DNA of 64,000 bases from Epiperipatus broadwayi. Lineage: Eukaryota; Animalia; Onychophora. The DNA lies in assembly GCA_028023455.1 (NCBI GenBank), contig JAQFVV010000001.1, positions 33,108,001 through 33,172,000 of the forward strand, written 5' to 3'. Below the pieces are notes generated by a model. It was not told where the DNA came from and searched no databases. It was given only the letters and a program-made list of their open reading frames with translations. The position numbers and the translations under genes are program-made. Positions 1 to 12,933 of the stretch are shown one piece after another (positions within the stretch are counted from its first letter, which is position 1; each line of letters starts with the position of its first letter).

Positions 1-3000
1 ATTTCATATTTAAAATTATATTAAAATGCATTTCCACAAACAGAAATACAACAAATCATTAAATAAATAAAATATGAGCTATAAATATTCAAAACAATAC
101 TCCTTGGCAAAAATGCAAATACATAAAAACAATATTCCTGAAGATCTAAATGAGTCTGTAAAAAAGTTACATAATACAACTATTTTGATCTAATCAGTCT
201 TTCAAACATCTAAACTATTTACATATTTTGTCACAATAAAAAATATTACTATGTTTAAATATTTAATATTGTAAATATGCACACAAAAAAAGCAATCATT
301 AGGGTTGCTTTCACACAAATACCACAGATTTAATCTTATTTCTATTTGATAAAAGTAATTATATTAAAGGAAGTAATTGATTTAGATCTAAATTTATAAA
401 AAAAAAAAAAAAAACATTAGTCAATCTTATGAAACAGAATATATAGACAAATCAACCAAACTAAAATAGCATAGATTAAAATATCTTTAACAATATAAAA
501 ATAATCTAATGATTATTTGAGAAGTTTGACCATGAAAGTAACGGAATTGAAAACATGTTTCATGGGCTTTGAACCTTTGAGTCTGCCATTCTATCATTGC
601 ACTAAACAATGCAAAACAACCCATTTGTAATCAGAATCATAAATTCTTGAAGTAAATGATCATTAGACTTATGGATGAAAATATTGTTACTTGAAAGATT
701 ATTTAGATATTAAATGTGGACTATTTTAATTTCTCTAATGATTACTATACCTGTGACATTGTTTTAAATGAAGGACTTATCGAAAGAATTGAAACTTTGT
801 ACATTAGTGGTGAAAATGTTCAGCAACTTGTGTAATCTTTAAAAATGATTTATTCATCTTAGCAATTGGAAACTGAAATTCTTTTGTTATTCTATACTTT
901 TTCTAGAAACATGTCATTATTAATGATTAGATGTTAAAAAAAAATATTGTAACAATAAAAAATATCTAGATGCAACATTGTGATTTAGAAGATAAATTAG
1001 AAAGTGCAAGTAAAATATAAGATAATCTGATTATAATGAGATTAAACTTGTAAGTTTCTAGATAATTTTTATATTGAATGGTAGATTTGCATTTATAATT
1101 CTTGATTTGTTGAAGTTGAAATAGAGGCAGTTGAAGTTTTCTGGATGAATGAATTATAGTTTCAGATAATGTTAAGTGATTTAATGTGTAAATTGGAATT
1201 AAAGTTGGTATAAAATGATTCACATCAATAATCTTAGTTTCTTTTTTTTAAAGACCTTCATTGAAAGAATGGTTGAGTATAACAATATTATATTTCAAAT
1301 AAAAGCTGTGTTTGTTTTGTGAGGTAATGTGATCTAATTTAATATATTTAAAGCAAAGCAGATTTCATCATTGACATGATGACAGAAATTAATTGTATAA
1401 AAAGACAATAAGGTATTTCATTAAATGTATATCTCTGATTTATTTTGAGTGTGATTTTAAAAAAATTTATTGGTAAAATCTAGAAGATATAATATGGTCA
1501 TGAATTAATGGGTTGGCATTTTAAAAACCAGATTAAAAAAAAAAAAAATTCTATTTAATAGCATCGTTTTTGATTTTTGACAATAAACAAATGAGCAGAA
1601 AAAAAAAGCTACAGACTTGTTTATTTAGTTCACACTGATAATTTACTAGTATAAGATAAAAGGAAAGGTTACCTATAAACTACTAATAATAGTTAAATGT
1701 AAGAAATCAAACTACCTTATTTGAATTAAAATCAAGTAACTACAGGATTAATTAAAGCATTAATAGTGATTTTAAGACCTTTTGATATTATCTAAAACAT
1801 GAGCATAATCTGCTTTAGGCAAAATAAGAGACATCTATAGTAAGTTTGAGTAATCAATGAATACTAAATGCCTAATTTTATATCTATATTTTGAGGCTAG
1901 TTTTTGGCTATTGGTTGATTTCCATGATGAGCTGCATTTACACATAACCAGTTAGAAGCCAGTTCTATTTATTATAATCTATCTAAGCTCTCTACTATTT
2001 AGTTTCTAATGATTACTTATGCTTCCAATATTAAGATACTAAATCAAATCATATCCGAATCACAAAACAAATTCAATTTTTATTTGAAATATAAGATTGA
2101 TATGCTTATTCATTTTTTCAATGAAAATCTTTGGGAAAAATAGAATAAAAGAGTGAATTTCTGTTCCTAATGCAAATGTTCAGAGTTGAAAATCATTTAA
2201 TGCTTGGTTTGGTACATTTGTATAATTATTGCTGGTAAAGATTAAGAAATTTGATAATGATTTAGCTTTAAAAATATGATTCAAAACATTAAAAGTTTTC
2301 AGAATTAAATATATAAAAAACTTTTTTTGTTGACTGTATTGCTAAAGATTTCCCGGTTTATAAAATACATGAAATAGAGAAAAGTGGTTTAAATGACATT
2401 ATAGTAGAAATGAGATAAAAATACTCATGATTATTATAGGTTTGAATAATTTTTTTAATATTATAAAATGGATTAGTTTGAATAATTGAAATAATATATT
2501 TGCATTCATAGAAATAATCAAAAAGATTTATATGAAAATCAGAATTGCTACTAGATAACTTTTTGATGTTGATTTGATATTAATCTGCAAAGATATCGTT
2601 TTTTTTTAAAGAGCAATATTTTTATTTCTTGAATGTCATTTTGATTGGCATAAATTTAAAAAACATTTTGATGTTCATTTCATAATAACAAAAAAATTAG
2701 ATGATACCTATTGCAACTCATAAGACTTTCTACTAATTTTGAATGTTTAAATACCTTTTGACAGAAAGAAAAAATAAGCAACATAAATTATACTAAAACA
2801 TAACCAAATAGTTTGTTTGAGAGCTCACAAAAAATTCCATAACTTGACATTGCTCTAAAGTATATAGGACATAAGTTATTATCATTAAAACCATAAAGTT
2901 AATGTCAACTCCTAATGATTATATGAATAGTACTTTCCAAAAAATGTTTAATTCATCTCATTGCTGGTAATTTTTTTTCATTGCTAAATTTTTGAACATT

Positions 3001-3429
3001 ATAATTCATGTGATCAAAATATGAAAATTTCAAACAGATTACTTGTGCTTTAAGCAAACGTATTCTTAAGTCTTTGACAGATCAGTTCATTATCAATAGT
3101 TTCTATTCTTTATCCTTACTATAGTTGTTCAACTCTGATATCCATAGAATGACAGGAAATAGTAATTTTAACCATTCTAATCTTCATTTTTAAATATATG
3201 TTCCTACAATAAAGACTTTTTATAGGATGTTTTTAATTATAGCATTGCTCACTATTAGATTGCGACAGATTTTTTAATTGCTGTATCTTGTCATTGATGA
3301 ATGAGAGAAAAATTTTCAATGCCTTGTATATGTTTTCACTAGATCTAAAATTAATTGCTTCCTTATTATCCAATTTTTGACTTGTGTTTATCGTAATATA
3401 TTTTTACTCCTACAACTTTCTTATTTTGG

Positions 3430-3790
3430 CTGTATTATGCCATTAGTATATCTAAGTTTTTCCACCAATCTTGAACATGGCTTCATTCATTACACATTCA
3501 GTATATAAGTTGAATACTTGGGATAATGTGCAGTCTCATTCAATTTGTCTCAGTATAAAACCAGTTTCCTCAGTTTGTTTCAACTATAACTTCTCTAATG
3601 CAGATTTCTTACAGGATGTTTCCATTTTTTTAAAAAAAACATTCCACAATTTAATAAGGTCAATGGAATCAAAGGTTTTAGAATCAGTTCTTTCCGGCAT
3701 TCTTTAGCTTTTCCTATTAGCCAATATATGTTAGCAATGATGCCTCTTTTTCAAGCTTTTTTGAAACTATTTGGTTCCCTACAATGTTTT
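3430..3790 (-). mobile_element. Decayed RTE-clade (BovB-like) LINE reverse-transcriptase fragment
   Basis: Minus-strand pieces IANIYWLIGKAKECRKE, KTFDSIDLIKLWN, FNLYTECVMNEA, KIGGK parallel the RTE/BovB RT order (IANIRWIIEKARE..KAFDCVDHNKLW..FNLYAEYIM..KIAGR); stops and frameshifts present. Confidence 0.75.
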
Positions 3791-3899
3791 TGATGATAGA
3801 TTTGTTTAAAAACAGAATTTTATAATATACTTGAAATAAAAAAATAAAAGCAAAACAGACATGGAGAATGATCAAAAACATTACATAATTAATTCTTAC

Positions 3900-3931
3900 C
3901 TTCCCTCATTAACTTATGACGATGAAACATA
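3900..3931 (-). CDS. Probable first coding microexon of a divergent gene (MFHRHKLMRE-G), product unknown
   Basis: On -: GTAAGA donor at 4006, 75-nt intron ending gattctttattacAG (3933-3932), 32-nt exon containing an ATG, then GAAG|GTAAGA donor at 3899; only the ATG frame is open. Confidence 0.45.
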
Positions 3932-4009
3932 CTGTAATAAAGAATCACAAAATTTATACAAAAAGCTATTAATTGATGGGATGGTAAAAATTAACAAACG
4001 TCTTACACA

Positions 4010-4430
4010 TAAATAAAAGAAGAACGAGTCAATTTCGCATTAATGAAAAAATTTCCAAAGTGATCAAGAGCATGCTTTTCATAAATATTTCCATTTTGTA
4101 ATTATTTAACAATACTAATTTGTGTATAACAGACCATATGTTTTACTTATAAATTGAAGGAATTTATTTGAAACGAAAATATACCTATATGTTAAAAGTA
4201 AAACATTAATTTAATATACAATAAATATAATTTATTTTACATTTGAGATGGTTTACAAAGAATATATTTTCACTTTACTGTGATAAACCATCTCATCCCC
4301 AAGATGACTTATCTGTTTCCAAAAAATTTCGGTCCCTATTGTTGAAAAATCTAATTTTTGGCGGGACAATCCCAGAATCCTATATGTTAAGCCTGCGCAG
4401 TTCTGTTCTTTTGGGTGTGTGGTCGCCATA
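4010..4430. promoter_or_regulatory. Probable bidirectional promoter/5' UTR region; E2F-like site TTTTGGCGGGA at 4356-4366
   Basis: Lies between head-to-head spliced units; locally richer in GC and CpG than the flanks; motif matches the E2F consensus. Confidence 0.45.
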
Positions 4431-4442
4431 ATGTCAAAACAG
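4431..4442 (+). CDS. Rox8: TIA-1/TIAR (Rox8-like) RNA-binding protein, coding exon 1 (MSKQ)
   Basis: GCCATA-ATG TCA AAA CAG|gtataa donor; 77-nt intron ending ttttttag; splices in frame to the RRM1 exons. Confidence 0.75.
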
Positions 4443-4519
4443 GTATAACGCTTTCCGTATAAAATGATTTATTTAAACATTTTGAGGAAACAATTTTTTA
4501 TTTTCTTTTATTTTTTTAG

Positions 4520-4551
4520 AACCATATTGATGAGACTAATCCACGTACTCT
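4520..4551 (+). CDS. Rox8: TIA-1/TIAR coding exon 2 (NHIDETNPRTL)
   Basis: Polypyrimidine tract+AG at 4518-4519 and GTAAGT donor at 4552; translation resembles the TIA-1 family N-terminus (..PRTL) preceding RNP2. Confidence 0.88.
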
Positions 4552-4705
4552 GTAAGTATGACTTTGGATTTACTGAAAATTTCATTTGATCTTTGCCGGT
4601 AATCTATGTTGGACCTTTCCCTTGAAGACAGAGTGGGTCGAATCTCACTATGTCGTGACTATAGTTAGCTTTTTTAAATAGCAAATATTTCCTGCTAATC
4701 TTTAG

Positions 4706-4802
4706 GTACGTTGGGAATTTAGATCCTACAGTCACCGAGGAGCTTATATTAGCTTTATTTGGACAAATCGGGCCCGTAAAAGGATGTAAAATCATCCACG
4801 AG
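4706..4802 (+). CDS. Rox8: TIA-1/TIAR coding exon 3, first half of RRM1 (YVGNLDPTVTEELILALFGQIGPVKGCKIIHE)
   Basis: ctaatctttag acceptor and GAG|GTAAGA donor; LYVGNL RNP2 and FxQIGPVKxCKII match TIA-1/TIAR RRM1. The expected next exon (..NDPYxFVEF) was not found in the window, so intron 3 appears to exceed 59 kb. Confidence 0.93.
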
Positions 4803-5475
4803 GTAAGAGTTTACTTTCTATTCTATTTTGCTTCGCATGCTCACATTAAACAACTTGCAACGTCACCTTTTTTCCACACCATATGCTTTAATTATTTATG
4901 TTTATTAATTGTATTTTTGAAATTTTATATGTTATGCTATATAAATATTCAGTTATTATTTTTAATTTTCAAATCCTAGATTGATTACAGACAATAACCA
5001 TGAGAAGCATGGTTTTCATGTTCTCTCTTTAATGGTTGAACTTCCTTTAGTTTATTATGTAAGACGAGATTTGCGGAACCTCTAAAAACTAAAATTAGAT
5101 ATTTAGATTAGTCAAAATTAACATCGGTATAATAAGACTGACAAGTGCATTTTATATATATGTAATTGGAAGTGTTTGCATAAAGTTGATTATAAATCGC
5201 GCATATAAAAACGTGGCTTTAACATTGCCTGTGACTTACAGTGATGTGATAAGTATAGCACATTAATGTGATAACGTTCGCACAACAGCCCTTAATGAGG
5301 GTGGAAAAGTAAAAGAAAAAATCAATACTACTAAGTATAATAACCTATATGTTAGCCTTTCACGTTAATTTTGCTTTATAACTATAATAAAAATATTGCA
5401 TAGCAAAAGTAATGTTTCCACTTTATCGATGAAAGTTATCTTGATCATTTGTAAGCCTACATATAACCCTAATTT

Positions 5476-5513
5476 GACTAAAATATTTTAAAAAATTCTA
5501 TTTGTAGGTAAGT
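5476..5513 (+). promoter_or_regulatory. Candidate recursive splice site (ratchet point) TAG|GTAAGT
   Basis: gactaa branch-like motif about 30 nt upstream, ttctatttgtAG directly followed by a perfect GTAAGT, inside the long intron. Confidence 0.5.
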
Positions 5514-8500
5514 CTTTTATAGGCCTCTACTAACATATGGTTGATCGTAATAAATTTGAAGGAAGCGGAAAGTAGGATACTTGATTTGATTAACGTTAAT
5601 TTTATGCAAACGTAGTAATTACGAAAAATGGGTATTTAAGAGTTTAAACTTTGTTTTTCATTCCTTGAATTTTTTTTTTTTTTTTTTAAATCAAAAAAAA
5701 AAAAAAATGTAAACATTTGATTACTACTGAAGTTCGAATTATACCCATATTTTATGTAATACTTTGGAGTTTTTTTTTTTACTGGCAGATTATTTCTTGC
5801 AGTAATATTCATTGGCATTTTTTTTTATTTAAAAAAAAAAAAAGAGAATATGTGAATACTTAACATTTTTTTTATAAATTAAATGTTTTAATTCAAAATC
5901 CTCATGAAATTAGAATGTTTGGTCAATATTCATAATTTTTTTTGTGTGTAATTTTATATTTAGAATGCATGCTTAAAAGCCATTTTGTGAGAAAAATGGA
6001 GAGGAAGTATAAGAGCTTACAATGGTTTTAAAAAAGCTGTACATATTGATTGTATATATGTGGATAATTGTCAAAGTATGACAAATTTCATTGATAATAT
6101 GTATTATAGATAGAACGTCGTTTTTGTGAGTGGTAAATTCAAAGTGATAATAAATAAAAGCAATTAAAAAATAGATTCAAAATTTGGAAAAATTTTATGA
6201 AATTGTTAAAATGCCACTTTGTAAAACCATTTTTAAGTATTTACATGGATAAAAAAGTAATGTTTTAAAATTATTATTTTTAATAACTGATGATTCTTTT
6301 ACAACATATTTATACTATTATTTTAATCATTTTTGAGATTTTAAAAATAAATTGATAGGATTCGTATATATTTTTTCAATCCCACCTGCATTCCAAATGA
6401 TTGAAGTAAAATTAAATTTTGCATTATCAGTGAATTAATTTGCTCTATTATAGATCATTTATAGTACAGATGAATTGTATGGTTTTAATCCATGATGTAT
6501 ATATATATTTTTATATAAAGTGTAGAATATTTTAAATTTATAATTGACAGTTAAAACCAACATGTCAAATACATTCTTGTAACAATTTTTAGATTATTGT
6601 TTTTATTAATGTGAAAATTTCACTGAACATTGTTAAAAACCATTGTTACATACTATATATATTTTTAAAAAATCATTTATTAAAAAAATGCAATGTGTTT
6701 TATATTGCATTTTTTAAAATATTGATAATAAATTTATGAGTGTTTTATGAAAACAAAAAAGGATAATCTTCAAGTAAAATTCAAACTTGTTGAGTAGTTT
6801 ACATAAATTTCTTGTTAAATATTTATATATCTAAATAAAAAATTTCACTAGTATTATTGTCTTTGATATATATATTAAAAACTATATTTTTTGTATACAG
6901 TGAAATGATCATTAGTCATAATACTCTTGCCTAGTTAACACAACCTGTCTTCAGATGGAGAACAAATAAACACTTCAAATATATAAATTTATTTTTATTA
7001 AGTATTTATTGAAAATTGTATTATTATATTTTTTAATATAAAATATTTTGTTATGAAGCTGGTAAATTTCTGATTTGTATTAAGTTTATACAAGTAAAAG
7101 TAAAGAATAGTTTATGTATCTGTCTTACTATTTTATAAATATATATATTTTTATATCTAGAAAAGTATTATCTTTTTTGAAACAAATGATCAATATTTTA
7201 ATATAATTTTTTTTTTGTTTATGATGTGTATATTTACTAATACTATTGGCATCTTTATTTTTTATTCTGAAATATTAGATATAGATAATATCAAGCAGTA
7301 ATAGTAAATTGTACTTATAGAAAACATGATCTCACTCTTTTATTCCATCAAGATTTATTTTTAATTTTTGGAAATTTATGGGAGAAAACATTTTGTGTTG
7401 ATGATTTTTTTTTGATTCTTTAAAATCACCATTTTTCATTTTTTGTTGCACAATATATGCTAAAAATGATTAAAAGCCTTTTATTTATAATGTTTTAATA
7501 ATAGGAAAACATTTAAGCTTTTTTGCTTTTTGAAAGACTTATATTTGTGTTGCTGAATATTTATATTTTATGGGGAGATAGAATCACATTTCAAACAGAT
7601 TTATTTTACTTCTTTTCATTTAAATGAATTATGTTTACTAAAGTTACATGTGTTTAAGTGTTCTGTCATATATAAACTTTGTGCAAAAGCTTAAATAAGT
7701 TAAGTACATAACTAAAAGCTAGTAGATTAAGGAGGTTAAAAATTTGTTGCTGATGTTAACCATTACTAATTATAGTTAGAAGGAATTTAAAAACATCTTA
7801 TTCTCATATTACTGTTATAATATATGCTTAATTCAAATATATGAATATTTAGCCTTGTATTGTTTGTTGAAATACTTGAAACTGCTAAGAGTGATGCTCT
7901 AGAACCACAAATTGTATTTGTCATTGTTTGATTTTAGTAAAATATTGTTATTTCAATCTGTTTATATATTAATTAATTGCTATTGTATACCTGGAAATAA
8001 AATAGACTATCCTTGCATAACTATTTACCACATGGTTTTATTCTTAATATAAATTATAGCCATTCTCATAGACCATGATATATATATAATAGAAGAATGG
8101 CAAAGTTTTAGTATTGGTCTGCAAAATCTTTGCTGTTTGTTGGATATACTATAATTTTTAACTTTTTTTTTTATGTCATAAATCCCAATTATTGATGAAT
8201 TATCCATTATGCAAAAAATTATAAATAAATATTGATTAGTCTGATATTTATTGAATGGGTGCTTGAAGTAATTAAAAATTGTCTTTGAAGTATACAGTTT
8301 TTAAAACTGCACAAGAAAACTTCAAATCTGGAAAACATTGCTTAAATGTTATTTGTCTATTAATTGCTCTTGGCAGCAATAAAGATTTTTTTTTTTTTTT
8401 TGCATTGGTTAATATCGTAAATATGATCATTTGGAAATTTTGATTGTCCTTAATTTTGATATAATTTTGTCTTTTAAAAATAAACTTCCTTTGACTTGTT

Positions 8501-8916
8501 GATCTTTTAATACATATATATTCAGTGAACTCTCAATCCATCATATATGCATGTATTGGTTTTTCACAACCATTGTCTAATTTTTTGTCTTAAAATCATT
8601 GCCTTAAAAATAAATGCACGATATTATTATTTTTTTTTTTACAGATCCAGTTTTTGAACTTATTTTTTCACATCTGTTGTTGACAAAACACAGTCCCTGT
8701 GATATATTTTTTCACGAGTAGATTTTTAAGAAAATATTTAAAACATTTCTATTTAAAAAAAAACAAAATCATAATTTTATAATATATAGTTTTTTTTTAA
8801 TATAAAAAAAGAAACAATTCATTCTTGAGAGAGTTTTGTTTTTCATTTGCAATTTTTACCTTTCTTTTAATAAAAACAAAAATATTAATTCTCTCTGTTT
8901 TTCACTGGTTTAACAG

Positions 8917-8957
8917 AGGGCCCTGCTGCGCACCATTATTCTGCCCAGAATTTCCTG
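8917..8957 (+). other. Candidate 41-nt cassette exon A in TIAR intron 3
   Basis: ctctctgtttttcactggtttaacAG acceptor, CTG|GTAAGC donor; 23/41 GC in a very AT-rich background; U-rich tract after the donor. Confidence 0.55.
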
Positions 8958-9041
8958 GTAAGCATTTGTTTTCATTTAAAATTAAATTCGTGGATTTTTA
9001 TCAGTAGAAATTTATATTTTAGTTTTAGATTTTTTCAATAG

Positions 9042-9157
9042 ATGGAACTTAAAACCAGACATAAACATTATGCCTGCATAATGAATTTAGAGGTAAATTG
9101 GTTACGTTAGATATAAAACATTAGTTACTATTATATAAGACAAATCAGCCTAAAAAG
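9042..9157 (+). other. Candidate cassette exon B (116 nt; alternative donor at 9093 gives 51 nt)
   Basis: ttttttcaatAG acceptor after an 84-nt intron from exon A; AAG|GTAAGT perfect donor at 9158 followed by aatttgttttttattttattt. Confidence 0.45.
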
Positions 9158-12100
9158 GTAAGTAATTTGTTTTTTATTTTATTTCAATCTTTACACTTAA
9201 GGCAGCCATATTGGATTTGGGAAAACCTTAGTGTAATACAACATTTTTATGATAATTTCACTTTGCATTATGCAAAAATAAAATGGTATAACTTATCAGA
9301 AAAATAATATACCAAGGAATGGAATGAACGTGAAAAATATAGTCATTATATATTCAAAATAGTAAAAAAAAAGAAAAAGATTATAACATTTGAAAATTAT
9401 TATTTTTATGTTTCTTGATATATTCTAAATTTTAATAGATAGAATTTCCTATAGAATGATATATAACATGATTTATCTAAGACAATTTCATTATTCAAAA
9501 ACATTAAAAAATAGAGGCATCGATATCTATTGTTTTCTTAGAAACCCCATAGCTATTCTTTTCTTGTAAATGTGTATATATAATCAGTGAAGAGAAATTG
9601 GTAGAGAAGAATAAGTCTAAAATAGCCTTTAGGTTGCTTGTAAATGGTTTAGATTACAAGTGTAGCTAAACAGTAAAAAAAAAAAGGTTTAGATTTAGTG
9701 CAATGCAGAATTTTAATATGTTATTTTTATTGTCTATCTTACTTTTCAACTTGTGAAAAAGATTTCAATCAAATGATTACTACAAAATAATTGTTTATAA
9801 ATGTTATTGAAACCATGCAACAAAAGAATAAATATATGAATAAAAATGTAGCTATAACTCGCCCATTAGAATTATGTATGACTCACTCTTGATTACAAAG
9901 TCAAAAATATCAATATAGGAAGATGTTGGTTGATCTGGCACATCAGTTAACACTCTAAAAATGAGACAGTTTGAAAAGATGCATTACCTATTTCAACTTC
10001 AGTTGATAAGCCTATAAAGCAATCTTTTTGAGCACTTACTATTTGTCCAATCATCACACCACATAGTCAAAAAAAAAAATCATGCTCTTTTTTTTTGAGG
10101 GTGACTACACAGCACTTCTTGAATATTATGAAACTACTAAGCACTGAGTGAGTAACCAGACATTAGCCAATATTAGAAGTTGTATTTCTACTTAAGAAAC
10201 ACTCAACATAATACATAGTCATTACAGTTATCTGCTTGGACCCCGTAAATTGAATCCTCATTTATTATGGCTATTTGCATAGACCCATCATTTGAAACTT
10301 CGCTTTATTGATTTTAGTAATCGTATTTCATATTATTCTGATCGATACATTTCTTAATAGTTTCAACTATCACCTTTCTATGCATCTGATATGGAGTTCA
10401 AATTTACATTACGGTGATTATCAATATATATAGCCTAATTTTATGAATTTTATTGCAATTTTTACTTTAATATTTGGAATTTTTTTATTATCATTAAAAT
10501 ACAGACAAAAAAAAAAACATCATAACTTCTGAAAAATGAAGATTGGTTTGTTTCTGATCAAAACTGAAGATAGTCTGTAATTTACATTCACATAAATGAT
10601 CTATAATAAATATCTATTATCATAAAAAATATGTTAATTCATTCTCAGCTTAGAACTTTAATTATATCACAAATGATTTTTTAATACATTTTTCTATAAA
10701 TGATAATTGAAAAAAATAAATAATTAAAGACTGATTCATTTAATATTCAATAGTAATAATTCATTCCAATCTGGTCAGGAAAAAAAGACCTTGTGGTAAA
10801 GACAAACACTACACTTATGGACAAAAATGTTTTGTTGTGTTATTTTTTTTTCCAGAAACCATAAATTATTAGTAGAAAATTTAAAAAGCTTAATTTCCCA
10901 CTCCCAAATAAAGAAATCAGTTAATACTTTGGTTGGGTAAATAATCCATTATTTTTCATTGCAAATTTCTTTGTAAACATAGCGTAATGACAAAAGTGAA
11001 AAAAGAAAAATATGCTATTTGGAATTATAGAGAAATGAAAATCATATTTTCTGAAAGTAAAATGAAAGATGAATCAAATGATGTAAATCTCGCATTCATT
11101 GATTAAAGTTTTTATGCTATTTTAATTAAGTTGAACCAATGAATACTAATTTCAAGTAAAAAATGTGTGCCATGTGCTGAGCCAACTAATGGTTAAAATG
11201 ATATAATAATTGTACTGTATTTTAATAAATAAACAATATTTTTAAATGCTTTTTTTAAAAAAAAAATTTTTTTCTACCATGATTTGAGATGGGAACGTTT
11301 GTAATTATTGTGTTAATTTTTTTTTTATCTCATATATACATATATAAAATTATTACTTATTTTTATTATTTTTGAAAATATGTAATATAAAAACATAACA
11401 GAAGTTATATGGTTTTATACAACTATACTAAATAAATGTAAAATTATTATATAATCTTCCCCAAAAAATATATTCAAAAAATTTAGTATATTTCCATTAG
11501 AAAATAGATTTCTAGTACCACAGTGACCACTTTGCTTTATTCTCACTGACAATTATTTGTAGTGGTTTTTTCGTTGGCTTTGCATCCACTTGACACTGTG
11601 AACTGGAACTAAAATATGTATTGATTTTTTTAGTTTAAAAGAAAAAAAAAATCTGAATGTGACAGTATCAGACAGATGGCAATGGTACTGATTGTTAGAT
11701 TTTTTCTTGGACCTGAGAATGCTCACAATAGATTTTGAGAAGGCTCTTAATTTTAAAAATAAAAATTATATATTTTCCTTATGATGATTTGCAAAATATT
11801 GTATAAATAATTTATTTTAAGTCAGAGAAATTCAGTTGTTATTTGAAAATATTCAATTGAAAGCAAGATAGGTTGAGAGAATTTTAGTAATGTTAAACTG
11901 CAAGTTATGATTGAATGAAGAAGGAACATCTTTATTATGATCATAGTAGAAATTTTTTTGTGATATTTTAATAAATGTAAATCCAATTTTAAATTTTAAA
12001 AAAGAATTTCAATTTATAAATTTAAAAAAAAATTACAAGAAATATAATTTTTGATATATTTTGTATTTTATTACTATAAATATTTACACATTATTTGAAA

Positions 12101-12933
12101 GGCAAATATGAAAGAATGCATTTAAAGCTGATAAAATAGTCATTACTAAAAAGAAAAATTAAAAAAAAAAGAGATTTTTAAACTTTATTATTTTTATATT
12201 ACTTCTAAATTTTGAAAGTTATATGTTAAAATTACAATTACATAGTCAGCTTCATCACATTTGTCATAAAATGCTGAAAAAAATGGTATATAACATGACC
12301 TACCTGAGACAGATTTTCATGGTAAAATGTAGGAAAAGATCATTAACTTATTTTTGGTAGCAGACCCAGCTCTTGTCCTTGCTAGGTTTTAGTGAGGGCA
12401 AAAAAAAATAACAGTAAAAACTTTAATAAATTGGAAATTATGAAAAAAAATATAATTAATTACTATATTATTGAAAAATGGGAGGGGTGGGGGCGAGACC
12501 TAAAATATGTATTCTTTTCAAGCAAAAAGTATATTCAAAAAAATAAATATCAAAGAAAAATTTCTCTACAATATAAAACAAAGTACATCAATAAACAACA
12601 AAATAAAAAATAATTGCAAGCACTGATTATATATATGTGTGGTAGATGGTGATGTGAACTGCCTGATGCATGCTGGTCCAGCATAAAATATGTATATTAG
12701 GGGGTCATTGATCCTTTTCACATGTAGTCATGTATATCAGTTATATGAGATAGAGTGAATGGATTGAGGGAGCTTGAAAGTCTTTATATACTTGAAAATA
12801 TGAATAGATGAAGAAAATTAAGACAAAAATAACCCTGAAGATACATACTGTAAGCCATAAGTAATTAGAGACCTTGAAGTAAAGTTCAAATTGCCTAACT
12901 TAAATATGAAAAAATAAGACTTAAAAAATTGCA

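Noticed and set aside
500-1240. Coding-like stretches and ORF 966-1223
   Set aside because: Many stops and no splice frame; probably old LINE debris that I could not assign
4443-4519. Intron starting GTAT, possible U12 type
   Set aside because: GTATAACG does not match GTATCCTT and there is no U12 branch site
8630-8720. Strong acceptor ttttttttttacAG at 8643-8644
   Set aside because: No good donor downstream and all frames close; not the expected TIAR exon
9880-10430. Possible very old DNA-transposase relic
   Set aside because: Only vague piggyBac-like wording and no intact motif
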